Positions 19,743 to 28,236 of a DNA stretch of 40,000 nucleotides are shown piece after piece. The notes beneath the pieces are model-generated. The model worked only from the letters and a program-made list of their open reading frames with translations. It was not told the origin of the DNA and made no database searches. Source of the DNA: Pseudoalteromonas sp. AOP31-A2-14 (GTDB lineage: Bacteria > Pseudomonadota > Gammaproteobacteria > Enterobacterales > Alteromonadaceae); NCBI GenBank assembly GCA_052378035.1, contig JBQSXI010000001.1; one strand, written 5' to 3'. The translations under genes and the position numbers were made by a program. How positions within the stretch are numbered: the first letter of the stretch is position 1; each line of letters opens with the position of its first letter.

Positions 19743-20573
19743 ATGAGTTACCTCGGAACCACCCAAACCTTATTTGTAAATGAAGTATCAAACGAAGGTG
19801 CTTATCTTGATGGCCATGATTTAGGTGAAGTATTTTTACCTAGCCAAGAAATTAAACATGAGCTTGAAGCCGGCGATAGCATTAGCGTATTTATTTACCT
19901 TGATCATGCCAATCTTGCTACAGCAACAACTAAAAAGCCGATTGCTCAAGTTGGTGAATACGCCCTACTTCGTGTTAAAGAAATCAACAGCATTGGGGCT
20001 TTCTTAGATTGGGGATTAGACAAAGATGTACTTGCCCCGTTCAATGAACAAAAACCACGTATGCAAGAAGGCCACTCCTACTTGGTACGTCTTTACTTAG
20101 ATAACGCAAGCTCACGTATTTGTGCATCTAGTAATTTCAATCGTTTTCTATCAAAAGATGAACCACAATACACTGCCCTTCAGGAAGTCAATTTAATTGT
20201 GGCTGGCAAAACAGATATCGGCTACAAAGTATTGATTGAAGAAGCACATTTTGGTGTGGTTTTTTATAATATGGTATTTAAGAATTTATTTATCGGCCAA
20301 AAATTAACAGGCTTTATCCATAAAGTCCGTGAAGATGGCAAAATTGACGTGATACTTGAAAAGCCAGGTATGGGAAAAGTAAGTGAACTAGGTGAAAAAA
20401 TCATGCAAAAGCTAAAAGACGAAGGCGGTGTTTTAGCAATTGGTGATAAGTCAGATCCTGTACTTATTAAAAAGGTCTTCGCTACTAGTAAAGCAAACTA
20501 TAAAAAAGCCATAGGCGGTTTGTTTAAGCAAGGTTTAATTGATATTGAAGCTAAGTCTATTAAGTTAAAATAA
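19743..20573 (+). CDS. S1-like RNA-binding protein, CvfB/YitL family
   Basis: 276 aa with repeated S1-like barrels (GAYLDGHDLGEVFLP, GAFLDWGLDKDVLAP) and a C-terminal winged-helix-like tail. The ATG is 2 nt after the helicase stop. Confidence 0.7.
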   Translation: MSYLGTTQTLFVNEVSNEGAYLDGHDLGEVFLPSQEIKHELEAGDSISVFIYLDHANLATATTKKPIAQVGEYALLRVKEINSIGAFLDWGLDKDVLAPFNEQKPRMQEGHSYLVRLYLDNASSRICASSNFNRFLSKDEPQYTALQEVNLIVAGKTDIGYKVLIEEAHFGVVFYNMVFKNLFIGQKLTGFIHKVREDGKIDVILEKPGMGKVSELGEKIMQKLKDEGGVLAIGDKSDPVLIKKVFATSKANYKKAIGGLFKQGLIDIEAKSIKLK

Positions 20574-20603
20574 TAAAAACTAATAATATTAAATGCTTAA
20601 TAA

Positions 20604-20634
20604 AAGAGTAAAGTGAAAGCTTTGCTCTTTTTTA
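20604..20634 (+). terminator. Probable rho-independent terminator of the helicase-cvfB operon
   Basis: AGAGTAAAG / CTTTGCTCT forms a 9-bp stem (one U.G pair) with a 6-nt loop, followed by TTTTTT. Confidence 0.5.
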
Positions 20635-20724
20635 TAAGCTTCAATGGCAACTATGAGCTGTGAGTTCAGACGGGCGATAAACTCGCTTTCGGTGTTTGTC
20701 AAACTAGTTGTCGCGATCACTACG

Positions 20725-21774
20725 TTATGCACTCTCAGCCTTGACACTATTTTGTTCAGGGTTTAAGTACACTTCTTTTGGTAAATCCCAATTACGGATA
20801 TTACCGCTCCAGCGCTCAGGGTGAGCATCTTTAGCACCTTGATAAACTTCTTTTCTATTAGCCAATATGTCACCCGCTAATCCTGAATGCCTTTGATGTG
20901 GGCTGACGTATTTGATGCCACTATGTTTGTGGTTAAAATTATACCAGTGGCTAAATTTCAACACCCAACTACGCGCCTCATCAATTGTTGAAAACCCTTT
21001 ATACGGATAGTCAGGCCGATATTTACACGTTTTAAATATCGACTCAGCATAAGCATTATCATTGCTCACCCTAGGACGATTAAAAGACGACACGACACCT
21101 AAACTATAAAGTGTTTCAAGCATTGATGAGCCTTTCATTGGGCTTCCATTATCCGAATGCAGTACCAGAGGATTATCTTTAACTCCTTCTTTTAAATGAG
21201 CTTTCTTAATTAATATTGATGCATTTTCTGCTGATTCGTCATCATGAATTTCCCATCCAACAATCTTTCGACTAAATATATCGAGTATCAAATATAAATA
21301 AAAATGCAGCCCTTTAGCGGGGCCTGGTAACCAAGTAATATCCCAACACCACACTTGGTTTGGCCCTGTAGCACAGTGTGTCGTCGGTACTTTTCTCTCT
21401 TTTATCTGACTACGTCCGCGAGCGTTTTGCTGTTTTTCTTCATGAAGAACACGATAATATGTTGATTCAGAAGCAAGATAAATACCCTCATCTGCTAATG
21501 TAGGGACGATTTGGCTTGGTGGTAAGCTCTTAAAATCATCGCTATTAACGATGGCTAATATGTTATCTCTCTCTGCTTTTGATAGCTTATTTTTTGGCTC
21601 AGGGCGCTGAGATATTGGTCTACCATCTGTTTTTATGTTCCCGTCAACAGTCCAACGTTGATACGTCCGGACACTGATCCCAAGTTCACGGCAAGCTTTA
21701 AACTTTGGCGCACCAGAACTCACAGCTTCATTAACTAGTTTAACTGCTTGAATGCGAGCTGAGTCGAGGATCAT
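20725..21774 (-). CDS. IS3-family transposase OrfB (DDE integrase core)
   Basis: WCWDITWLP..., HSDNGSPMKG and SNDNAYAESIFKTCKY are rve-type DDE motifs. Confidence 0.85.
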   Translation of the reverse strand: MILDSARIQAVKLVNEAVSSGAPKFKACRELGISVRTYQRWTVDGNIKTDGRPISQRPEPKNKLSKAERDNILAIVNSDDFKSLPPSQIVPTLADEGIYLASESTYYRVLHEEKQQNARGRSQIKERKVPTTHCATGPNQVWCWDITWLPGPAKGLHFYLYLILDIFSRKIVGWEIHDDESAENASILIKKAHLKEGVKDNPLVLHSDNGSPMKGSSMLETLYSLGVVSSFNRPRVSNDNAYAESIFKTCKYRPDYPYKGFSTIDEARSWVLKFSHWYNFNHKHSGIKYVSPHQRHSGLAGDILANRKEVYQGAKDAHPERWSGNIRNWDLPKEVYLNPEQNSVKAESA

Positions 21775-22268
21775 TCGTCCTCGGCTTCCCCCCAGATCGC
21801 ATTTGCTTTTTTTCTTAACACCAATAGTGCTGCGGTTTCAGCGAGTGCCTTATCTTTTCGACGTAGCTCCTTTTCTAATTGATTGATCTGTTTTTTATCT
21901 TTCTTTGTTTCGGTGGAGAAGGCTTTTTCTTGCTCTTTAACGTTAGCGTTTGCATCTATACACGCATTTCGCCAAGCCGATACTTGTTCCACATAAAGAC
22001 CTTTGCCTCGGCAATATTCCGCTAACTCAGCTTGATTTAAAGAGGCTGTTTCCAACACGACTGAGAATTTATTTGCTGATGACCACTGCTCAGCATTCTT
22101 TCCATCACCTGGCACTAAATGCCCCTTATCAATTGCTTGTTTTCGCCAATTATACAAGGTTGATTCACCAATCCCCATCTCGATTGATAATTGGGCTATT
22201 GCTATATTATTTGGAGGCATCATCTTCTGAAGAGCCGACTCTTTGCTTTGCGCTGAATAATGTTTCAT
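21771..22268 (-). CDS. IS3-family transposase OrfA (HTH / leucine zipper)
   Basis: 165 aa; the HTH is IAQLSIEMGIGESTLYNWRK, with a coiled-coil C-terminus. Its stop overlaps the orfB ATG (ATGA), and orfB is in the -1 frame. Confidence 0.85.
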   Translation of the reverse strand: MKHYSAQSKESALQKMMPPNNIAIAQLSIEMGIGESTLYNWRKQAIDKGHLVPGDGKNAEQWSSANKFSVVLETASLNQAELAEYCRGKGLYVEQVSAWRNACIDANANVKEQEKAFSTETKKDKKQINQLEKELRRKDKALAETAALLVLRKKANAIWGEAEDE

Positions 22269-22315
22269 TGTTACTCCACGCCCTCTGTTTAATGGTTGAA
22301 TATTAAGCGCGACAA

Positions 22316-22780
22316 CTAGTCTGACAGAGAGGGATATTTCCGAATCACTGCTATTTTTCCATCTTCGATTTCCAAAACTTCCATCGTTGAGTAGTGTAAT
22401 TCAATGAGTTTATTTGTTTGAGGGTGAATTCCCTTACTAGATGTGGTGTATGTAATGGTAATCACATTGTGAGCGGGAATAACTTGGTTCAAAGTAGCTT
22501 CATGTTCAGAATGAGATCCTAAATAAAACAACATCCCTTCGCGAATACTTTCTTTGCCGTCAGGTAACCGGGAGTCATCCGAATCGTAGGGCAAGTGTTG
22601 GTGGGCGACATCAGGTTTAAGGAAAGACAGGTAGTGCTCTAAGTCTTTTTCAGTAGCATCAGGTGCCTGTGTTGCTGCCCATGCTAAAAAATACTTTTTT
22701 CCGAATACGGATAAATCTGTGTCTGCTATCGCGTTAAATGACGAGACTAAGGTAAAAAAAGTAAGCATCCATCTATTCAT
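22316..22780 (-). CDS. Cassette 8: secreted NTF2/SnoaL-like protein; its 3' end runs into the IS3 inverted repeat
   Basis: GGAGG RBS before the ATG at 22780 and signal peptide MNRWMLTFFTLVSSFNAIA. The last 4 codons and the stop (S-L-S-D-stop) are encoded in full or in part by the IS3 terminus, so the native C-terminus and this cassette's attC are missing. Confidence 0.6.
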   Translation of the reverse strand: MNRWMLTFFTLVSSFNAIADTDLSVFGKKYFLAWAATQAPDATEKDLEHYLSFLKPDVAHQHLPYDSDDSRLPDGKESIREGMLFYLGSHSEHEATLNQVIPAHNVITITYTTSSKGIHPQTNKLIELHYSTMEVLEIEDGKIAVIRKYPSLSD

Positions 22781-22804
22781 AAAAACCTCCACTGTTTAGA
22801 TTAG

Positions 22805-22889
22805 GTATAACGCCAGCAATAAACGGCGCCCTGACAAGGGCGTCCGGTGGAGGCCGAAGGCCGGAACGAATTTAATTGCCTTGTTAAAT
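22805..22889 (-). other. attC site (85 nt) of cassette 7
   Basis: Plus strand reads GTATAAC-GCC...(GC-rich imperfect palindrome GGCGCCCTGACAAGGGCGTCC / GGCCGAAGGCC)...CCTT-GTTAAAT. Confidence 0.75.
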
Positions 22890-22891
22890 CG

Positions 22892-23203
22892 TCACTTCCC
22901 ACGGCAATGGTTCTCGTAGAAATCTAACAGAAAATCGTCAGTTTCTTGGTTAGCTGCGGACCAATCATAACCAAACCAATTGTCCCAACCAGATTCGATA
23001 ATCAACTTACCCCGATGAAAACGTGGATGGACGGCCTCATCTGTTACCGGAGGGACATACGGCCCCCAGCGGTAAAAGCCATAGCGCAGCATGAGTAACA
23101 GACTGACTTTCCATGAACGCCAAAATGAGAAGGTCGAAATGGTTACCCTCCCACTGGCGTTATCTCTGACTTCGAATCCCTTACTCATAGTCTGTCGTGA
23201 CAT
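22892..23203 (-). CDS. Cassette 7: hypothetical protein (103 aa)
   Basis: ORF fills the cassette. Its first ATG lies inside the R' core (GTTAAATG), and no SD is visible. No recognised domain. Confidence 0.45.
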   Translation of the reverse strand: MSRQTMSKGFEVRDNASGRVTISTFSFWRSWKVSLLLMLRYGFYRWGPYVPPVTDEAVHPRFHRGKLIIESGWDNWFGYDWSAANQETDDFLLDFYENHCRGK

Positions 23204-23268
23204 TTAACGCCGAAGCTCAGTTGCCGCTGTAGAGCGAAGCGGAACAGCGGTCAATTGCAGCGACTTGT
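23202..23268 (-). other. attC of cassette 6, R' side (67 nt); the remaining 5 nt (TAGCT) are at 25238-25242, after intron copy 1
   Basis: Plus strand reads ATTTAAC-GCCGAAGCTCAGTTGCCGCTG...CAGCGGTCAATTGCAGCGACTTGT | intron | TAGCT. Joining the exons restores ACTT-GTTAGCT, which matches the GTTRRRY ends of the other sites. Confidence 0.75.
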
Positions 23269-25237
23269 GTACGCCCGACATGGGCATTGACTTATGAGGT
23301 GAAAGTCCTCTGTAGGAAGATCACCGTTTAAATAACACACTGTTATTAAACGATAACTACTAGCGAATGGCAAGGGCTAAATCGCGAGAGATAGTCTAGA
23401 GGAAGCCGCTAGCAAATCTGTGAGCTGATGAACAAAAACATCATATGAGGCGTAGGCTGGAGACGAGCTAGCACAAGATAGCGAAGTCATGTGATCTAAC
23501 GGCCACCGTAAATGATGCAGTTGTGCAGAGAAAGTCGATGCACCTTATTCGGGGAGATCTGATAAACACGCATCCGCGCTAACGCTTGGAGATTACCAGT
23601 TAGGGACTGGTTGTTCAACCCTTGGCGCTTTGGTTGCTGCGACCTACAGCGAGCGAAATAGCAGTAAACAAGCATTAGTTTCGACGCGCTTTATCGAGTA
23701 ATCGCTAGAGTGATTTATCAGAAGTCAGCAGACGGCATAGTAGCCAAACGCCCATCGTAATGGAGGGGACACGGTGAAGGCCTGAACATCTTAACCAGAG
23801 GAGATACTACAAATGAACTTGAATTCACATAGATCACCGTGTTGTGATAGTGATGAACAGCGTTCGACTGTGAATAATACCTCGAATGAATACAACAAAA
23901 CAGATCGTGACCTGATGGCAAGGGTACTGAGCAACCACAACATTGGTGCAGCATGGCAACATGTTAAGCGCAATAAAGGGGCTGCGGGTATTGATAATAT
24001 GAGTATTGAGGAATTTAATGACTTCGCTAAGTTACATTGGCTGGGTATTAAACAACAATTACTTAGCGGCACTTATCAACCCTTGCCAGTCAAACGCGTG
24101 ATGATACCCAAACCCGATGGCGGTGAGCGAATGCTTGGGATCCCTTCTGTTATTGACAGAGTAATCCAACAAGCTATTGCTCAAGTGATTAGCCCTTACT
24201 TTGAGCCTCTATTTTCACCACATAGTTATGGTTATCGCCCTCATAAAAGAGCCAGCCAAGCAGTAAATCATGTTCAATCTTGTGTTAAACAAGGTTATAA
24301 AACAGCAGTTGATATTGACTTGTCTAAGTTCTTTGATGAAGTAAACCATGACATGCTGATGAATCGTGTTGGTCGTAAAGTCAAAGACAAAGCACTCATG
24401 CGCCTACTTGGTAAATACCTCCGAGCGGGGATCGCAGAGCGCGAAACGGGTCTGTGGTTTGAGTCAACCAAAGGAGTCCCTCAAGGTGGGCCATTATCCC
24501 CTTTGCTTTCCAACATCTTACTCGATGAATTAGATAAGAAGCTAACCTACAAACACCTTAAGTTTGCACGTTACGCTGATGATATAATCATTTTAGTAAA
24601 AACGAAAAGCGAAGGACTCATAATCCAGCGGGAAATTACTGCGTTCATCACTCAGCGATTAAAACTCAAAGTGAATGAATCGAAAAGTCGAGTCGGTCCC
24701 GTATCAGGCTCGAAATTTCTCGGGTTTACCTTCCGTTACGCTCAAGTGCAGATCCACGAACAGGCGCTAAAGAAATTCAAAGCAAATGTAAGAGAACTCA
24801 CTAACCGCAACTGGGGGATCTCAATGACCCTACAAATTCATAAACTCACACAGTATTTGCGCGGCTGGGGGAACTACTACCTAATAGCCAACGCTTATCA
24901 GCTAACGGTGGATTTAGATCACTGGATCCGACGTAGGATAAGAATGTGCTACTGGCGGCAATGGCGTAAACCTCGCACCAAAGTACGCAGTTTAATGAAA
25001 TTGGGTGTTAGCGAACGACTCGCCATAGCCTGTGGTATCACCAGTAAAGGCCCTTGTAGAAGCTCAAAAACAAAAGGAATTAACATTGCGCTAGGTAATG
25101 ACTATTTAGCATCACAAGGTTTAGTGTCATTGAAAGATATTTGGATCAAAATTCATTACGGGAGATGAACCGCCCATTGCGGACCCGCATGATGGGTGGT
25201 GTGGGGGCTGGAGGTTAGAGACCTCCGGCTACCCGAT
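23269..25237 (+). mobile_element. Group II intron, bacterial class C (IIC-attC type), copy 1, 1969 nt
   Basis: 5' end is GTACGCCCGAC (GUGYG-like). Domain V is at 25170-25199 (CCGCCCAU UGCG-GACC-CGCA UG AUGGGUGG, with a CGC triad and a 2-nt 3' bulge). Domain VI is at 25203-25234 with bulged A25231 six nt from the 3' end (...CCCGAU). The RT/maturase ORF sits in domain IV. The intron lies in the attC bottom strand, antisense to the cassettes. Confidence 0.88.
23813..25168 (+). CDS. Group II intron-encoded protein: reverse transcriptase plus maturase (X) domain, no endonuclease domain
   Basis: RT motifs are RVMIPKPDGGERMLGIPSVIDRVIQQA, GVPQGGPLSPLLSNILL and FARYADDIIILV (YADD). The maturase motif is LTQYLRGWGNYY. 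It ends shortly after domain X, as in class C intron-encoded proteins. Confidence 0.92.
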   Translation: MNLNSHRSPCCDSDEQRSTVNNTSNEYNKTDRDLMARVLSNHNIGAAWQHVKRNKGAAGIDNMSIEEFNDFAKLHWLGIKQQLLSGTYQPLPVKRVMIPKPDGGERMLGIPSVIDRVIQQAIAQVISPYFEPLFSPHSYGYRPHKRASQAVNHVQSCVKQGYKTAVDIDLSKFFDEVNHDMLMNRVGRKVKDKALMRLLGKYLRAGIAERETGLWFESTKGVPQGGPLSPLLSNILLDELDKKLTYKHLKFARYADDIIILVKTKSEGLIIQREITAFITQRLKLKVNESKSRVGPVSGSKFLGFTFRYAQVQIHEQALKKFKANVRELTNRNWGISMTLQIHKLTQYLRGWGNYYLIANAYQLTVDLDHWIRRRIRMCYWRQWRKPRTKVRSLMKLGVSERLAIACGITSKGPCRSSKTKGINIALGNDYLASQGLVSLKDIWIKIHYGR

Positions 25238-25563
25238 TAGCTTTGTTTGCCAAGGTATTCTTTAGCGTACAGGCCAACTAAACTACGCCCAGGATTTTGA
25301 CCGTTAATCCATTCATCAACGGAGAATAGCTCAAACAATCCAACTTTAATCAAGGTCGGTACTGCGATCTTCAGCTGCTCTTCTACCTCGCCACGCTCAC
25401 CTGCGTTGTATAAAGCGACGTTGCGGAGCATCGTGGCAACCGTACCTGTTTGTACCTTACTTCCATCTTTAAGGGTGACTGCGGGAAGCTCTTCTCCTTC
25501 GGCCACGATCTTTTTATTGATCGAACCAAGTTGCTCGATATTTTCTGGTGAACCTTCGGACAT
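25237..25563 (-). CDS. Cassette 6: hypothetical acidic protein (108 aa), flanked on both sides by intron copies
   Basis: AAGGAG RBS before the ATG at 25563. The stop codon TAA (25237-25239) spans the intron/exon junction and is preserved in the intron-less configuration. No recognised domain. Confidence 0.55.
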   Translation of the reverse strand: MSEGSPENIEQLGSINKKIVAEGEELPAVTLKDGSKVQTGTVATMLRNVALYNAGERGEVEEQLKIAVPTLIKVGLFELFSVDEWINGQNPGRSLVGLYAKEYLGKQS

Positions 25564-25591
25564 CTCGATCTCCTTCAATAATTTTCGTAAT

Positions 25592-25719
25592 AGCTAACGC
25601 CCAGCTCAGCCGCAGTTTGTAAGTTGACGTTTTGTGGAAACCTTTTGCGTAGCAAAACCACAAAACGGCGACTTACAAACTGTCGAGCGCACGAAGTGCG
25701 CGTTGCTGGAGCGACTTGT
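25592..25719 (-). other. attC of cassette 5, R' side (128 nt); the remaining 5 nt (TAGCT) are at 27689-27693, after intron copy 2
   Basis: Plus strand reads AGCTAAC-GCCCAGCTCAGCCGCAGTTTGTAAG...long palindrome (GTTTTGTGGAAACC / CCACAAAAC; CTTACAAACTG)...GGAGCGACTTGT | intron | TAGCT. Confidence 0.72.
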
Positions 25720-27688
25720 GTACGCCCGACATGGGCATTGACTTATGAGGTGAAAGTCCTCTGTAGGAAGATCACCGTTTAAATAACACACTGTTATTAA
25801 ACGATAACTACTAGCGAATGGCAAGGGCTAAATCGCGAGAGATAGTCTAGAGGAAGCCGCTAGCAAATCTGTGAGCTGATGAACAAAAACATCATATGAG
25901 GCGTAGGCTGGAGACGAGCTAGCACAAGATAGCGAAGTCATGTGATCTAACGGCCACCGTAAATGATGCAGTTGTGCAGAGAAAGTCGATGCACCTTATT
26001 CGGGGAGATCTGATAAACACGCATCCGCGCTAACGCTTGGAGATTACCAGTTAGGGACTGGTTGTTCAACCCTTGGCGCTTTGGTTGCTGCGACCTACAG
26101 CGAGCGAAATAGCAGTAAACAAGCATTAGTTTCGACGCGCTTTATCGAGTAATCGCTAGAGTGATTTATCAGAAGTCAGCAGACGGCATAGTAGCCAAAC
26201 GCCCATCGTAATGGAGGGGACACGGTGAAGGCCTGAACATCTTAACCAGAGGAGATACTACAAATGAACTTGAATTCACATAGATCACCGTGTTGTGATA
26301 GTGATGAACAGCGTTCGACTGTGAATAATACCTCGAATGAATACAACAAAACAGATCGTGACCTGATGGCAAGGGTACTGAGCAACCACAACATTGGTGC
26401 AGCATGGCAACATGTTAAGCGCAATAAAGGGGCTGCGGGTATTGATAATATGAGTATTGAGGAATTTAATGACTTCGCTAAGTTACATTGGCTGGGTATT
26501 AAACAACAATTACTTAGCGGCACTTATCAACCCTTGCCAGTCAAACGCGTGATGATACCCAAACCCGATGGCGGTGAGCGAATGCTTGGGATCCCTTCTG
26601 TTATTGACAGAGTAATCCAACAAGCTATTGCTCAAGTGATTAGCCCTTACTTTGAGCCTCTATTTTCACCACATAGTTATGGTTATCGCCCTCATAAAAG
26701 AGCCAGCCAAGCAGTAAATCATGTTCAATCTTGTGTTAAACAAGGTTATAAAACAGCAGTTGATATTGACTTGTCTAAGTTCTTTGATGAAGTAAACCAT
26801 GACATGCTGATGAATCGTGTTGGTCGTAAAGTCAAAGACAAAGCACTCATGCGCCTACTTGGTAAATACCTCCGAGCGGGGATCGCAGAGCGCGAAACGG
26901 GTCTGTGGTTTGAGTCAACCAAAGGAGTCCCTCAAGGTGGGCCATTATCCCCTTTGCTTTCCAACATCTTACTCGATGAATTAGATAAGAAGCTAACCTA
27001 CAAACACCTTAAGTTTGCACGTTACGCTGATGATATAATCATTTTAGTAAAAACGAAAAGCGAAGGACTCATAATCCAGCGGGAAATTACTGCGTTCATC
27101 ACTCAGCGATTAAAACTCAAAGTGAATGAATCGAAAAGTCGAGTCGGTCCCGTATCAGGCTCGAAATTTCTCGGGTTTACCTTCCGTTACGCTCAAGTGC
27201 AGATCCACGAACAGGCGCTAAAGAAATTCAAAGCAAATGTAAGAGAACTCACTAACCGCAACTGGGGGATCTCAATGACCCTACAAATTCATAAACTCAC
27301 ACAGTATTTGCGCGGCTGGGGGAACTACTACCTAATAGCCAACGCTTATCAGCTAACGGTGGATTTAGATCACTGGATCCGACGTAGGATAAGAATGTGC
27401 TACTGGCGGCAATGGCGTAAACCTCGCACCAAAGTACGCAGTTTAATGAAATTGGGTGTTAGCGAACGACTCGCCATAGCCTGTGGTATCACCAGTAAAG
27501 GCCCTTGTAGAAGCTCAAAAACAAAAGGAATTAACATTGCGCTAGGTAATGACTATTTAGCATCACAAGGTTTAGTGTCATTGAAAGATATTTGGATCAA
27601 AATTCATTACGGGAGATGAACCGCCCATTGCGGACCCGCATGATGGGTGGTGTGGGGGCTGGAGGTTAGAGACCTCCGGCTACCCGAT
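25720..27688 (+). mobile_element. Group II intron, class C (IIC-attC type), copy 2, identical to copy 1
   Basis: Offset is exactly 2451 nt from copy 1. Every stretch I compared by eye is identical, and the 451-aa intron-encoded proteins and all internal six-frame ORFs are identical. It has the same TTGT|T insertion point. Confidence 0.88.
26264..27619 (+). CDS. Group II intron-encoded RT/maturase (copy 2)
   Basis: Translation is 100% identical to 23813-25168. Confidence 0.92.
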   Translation: MNLNSHRSPCCDSDEQRSTVNNTSNEYNKTDRDLMARVLSNHNIGAAWQHVKRNKGAAGIDNMSIEEFNDFAKLHWLGIKQQLLSGTYQPLPVKRVMIPKPDGGERMLGIPSVIDRVIQQAIAQVISPYFEPLFSPHSYGYRPHKRASQAVNHVQSCVKQGYKTAVDIDLSKFFDEVNHDMLMNRVGRKVKDKALMRLLGKYLRAGIAERETGLWFESTKGVPQGGPLSPLLSNILLDELDKKLTYKHLKFARYADDIIILVKTKSEGLIIQREITAFITQRLKLKVNESKSRVGPVSGSKFLGFTFRYAQVQIHEQALKKFKANVRELTNRNWGISMTLQIHKLTQYLRGWGNYYLIANAYQLTVDLDHWIRRRIRMCYWRQWRKPRTKVRSLMKLGVSERLAIACGITSKGPCRSSKTKGINIALGNDYLASQGLVSLKDIWIKIHYGR

Positions 27689-27692
27689 TAGC

Positions 27693-28109
27693 TTATGATT
27701 TTGCGGCACCAATAGTTTTACAAAAGCTTTCAATAACAGCTTTTTCAGGTGATGAAACGCCACCAGAAATAGAATAACTAATTGATATTTTTGAATTTGA
27801 ACCGGATTCTTCTACGACCACATTAAGGGGTGCAGTTTTACCGTTACCGTATGAAACGTCTTGGCCTGCGGAAATAATACCAAGATCTTTGTCAGAACTT
27901 GAAATTTTCCAGCCGCCTTTTGCTATTTGTTGGTATATTTTTTTGTAGGCTTCTGCGGTTGAAACCCCTTCAACTTCAGCCCATGTTTTAAAGGTTTTTC
28001 CTTTAAAAAAGCTGCCTTCTTTTGTGAAGTTAGTTTCGCATTGCTCCGCTGCCAAAGTATTAAAACTAACGCAGAAAGAAAGTAACAGAATTGCTTTAGA
28101 TTTTTTCAT
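27693..28109 (-). CDS. Cassette 5: secreted protein of unknown function (138 aa)
   Basis: GAGGGA RBS and signal peptide MKKSKAILLLSFCVSFNTLAAEQ. The mature part is Gly/Ser-rich and likely beta-rich. Confidence 0.6.
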   Translation of the reverse strand: MKKSKAILLLSFCVSFNTLAAEQCETNFTKEGSFFKGKTFKTWAEVEGVSTAEAYKKIYQQIAKGGWKISSSDKDLGIISAGQDVSYGNGKTAPLNVVVEESGSNSKISISYSISGGVSSPEKAVIESFCKTIGAAKS

Positions 28110-28163
28110 AATTCCCTCAATTGGTTATACCCTAAAAATTGTTGATAGCTTCGGGCATGGAAA

Positions 28164-28235
28164 AGCTAACGCCTGAATTCAGCCGCCGGCCGCTGGCGCA
28201 GCCAGTGGACGGTCGGCTGGAATGAATTGTTAGCC
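28164..28235 (-). other. attC site (72 nt) of cassette 4
   Basis: AGCTAAC-GCCTGAATTCAGCCGCCGGCCGCTGGCGCAGCCAGTGGACGGTCGGCTGGAATGAATT-GTTAGCC. The arms CAGCCG.../...CGGCTG pair with extrahelical bases. Confidence 0.8.
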
Positions 28236-28236
28236 A

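Larger units (their letters stand above)
20697..22326 (-). mobile_element. IS3-family insertion sequence (1630 bp)
   Basis: Terminal inverted repeats are TGTCAAACTAGTTGTCGCG (20697-20715) and CGCGACAACTAGTCTGACA (22308-22326), with TG...CA ends. It has the two-ORF orfA/orfB organisation. No flanking direct repeat (GTT on the left, GAG on the right). Confidence 0.85.

Noticed and set aside
20641-20696. Possible terminal attC remnant left of the IS3 element (GGCAAC...GAGTT..AACTC...GGTGTT)
   Set aside because: There is only a weak core match and a short imperfect stem. Joining it to the right flank gives GTTGAGA and makes the cassette ORF read through the whole site. This is not enough to call.
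23718-24072. Antisense ORFs of 78 and 93 aa inside the intron (repeated at 26169-26523)
   Set aside because: They overlap the intron-encoded protein 5' end and intron domains I-IV on the opposite strand. They are Cys/Ser/Leu-rich with low complexity, and they are duplicated only because the intron is. No RBS is present.
23813-25168. A reverse transcriptase that could be read as a retron, DRT or Abi-type anti-phage RT, or as a DGR RT
   Set aside because: The RT is followed by a maturase X domain (LRGWGNYY). It is embedded in RNA with a clear group II domain V and VI and a GUACG 5' end. Two identical copies sit at the same nucleotide of attC sites. No msr/msd-like repeats and no template/variable repeat pair were seen.
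25406-25824. ORFs 25406-25597 (+) and 25606-25824 (-)
   Set aside because: The first is antisense to cassette 6. The second runs through an attC palindrome into the intron 5' end. Neither has an RBS, and both are explained by the overlapping features.
23259-27694. The 2,451-nt periodic repeat could be a tandem segmental duplication or an assembly artefact
   Set aside because: Upstream of the repeat, the attC R'-side halves and the neighbouring cassettes differ (23202-23258 versus 25592-25709). Downstream, cassettes 6 and 5 differ. Identity starts and stops at the same attC positions. This fits two independent insertions better than duplication of a block. Assembly error cannot be fully excluded without reads.
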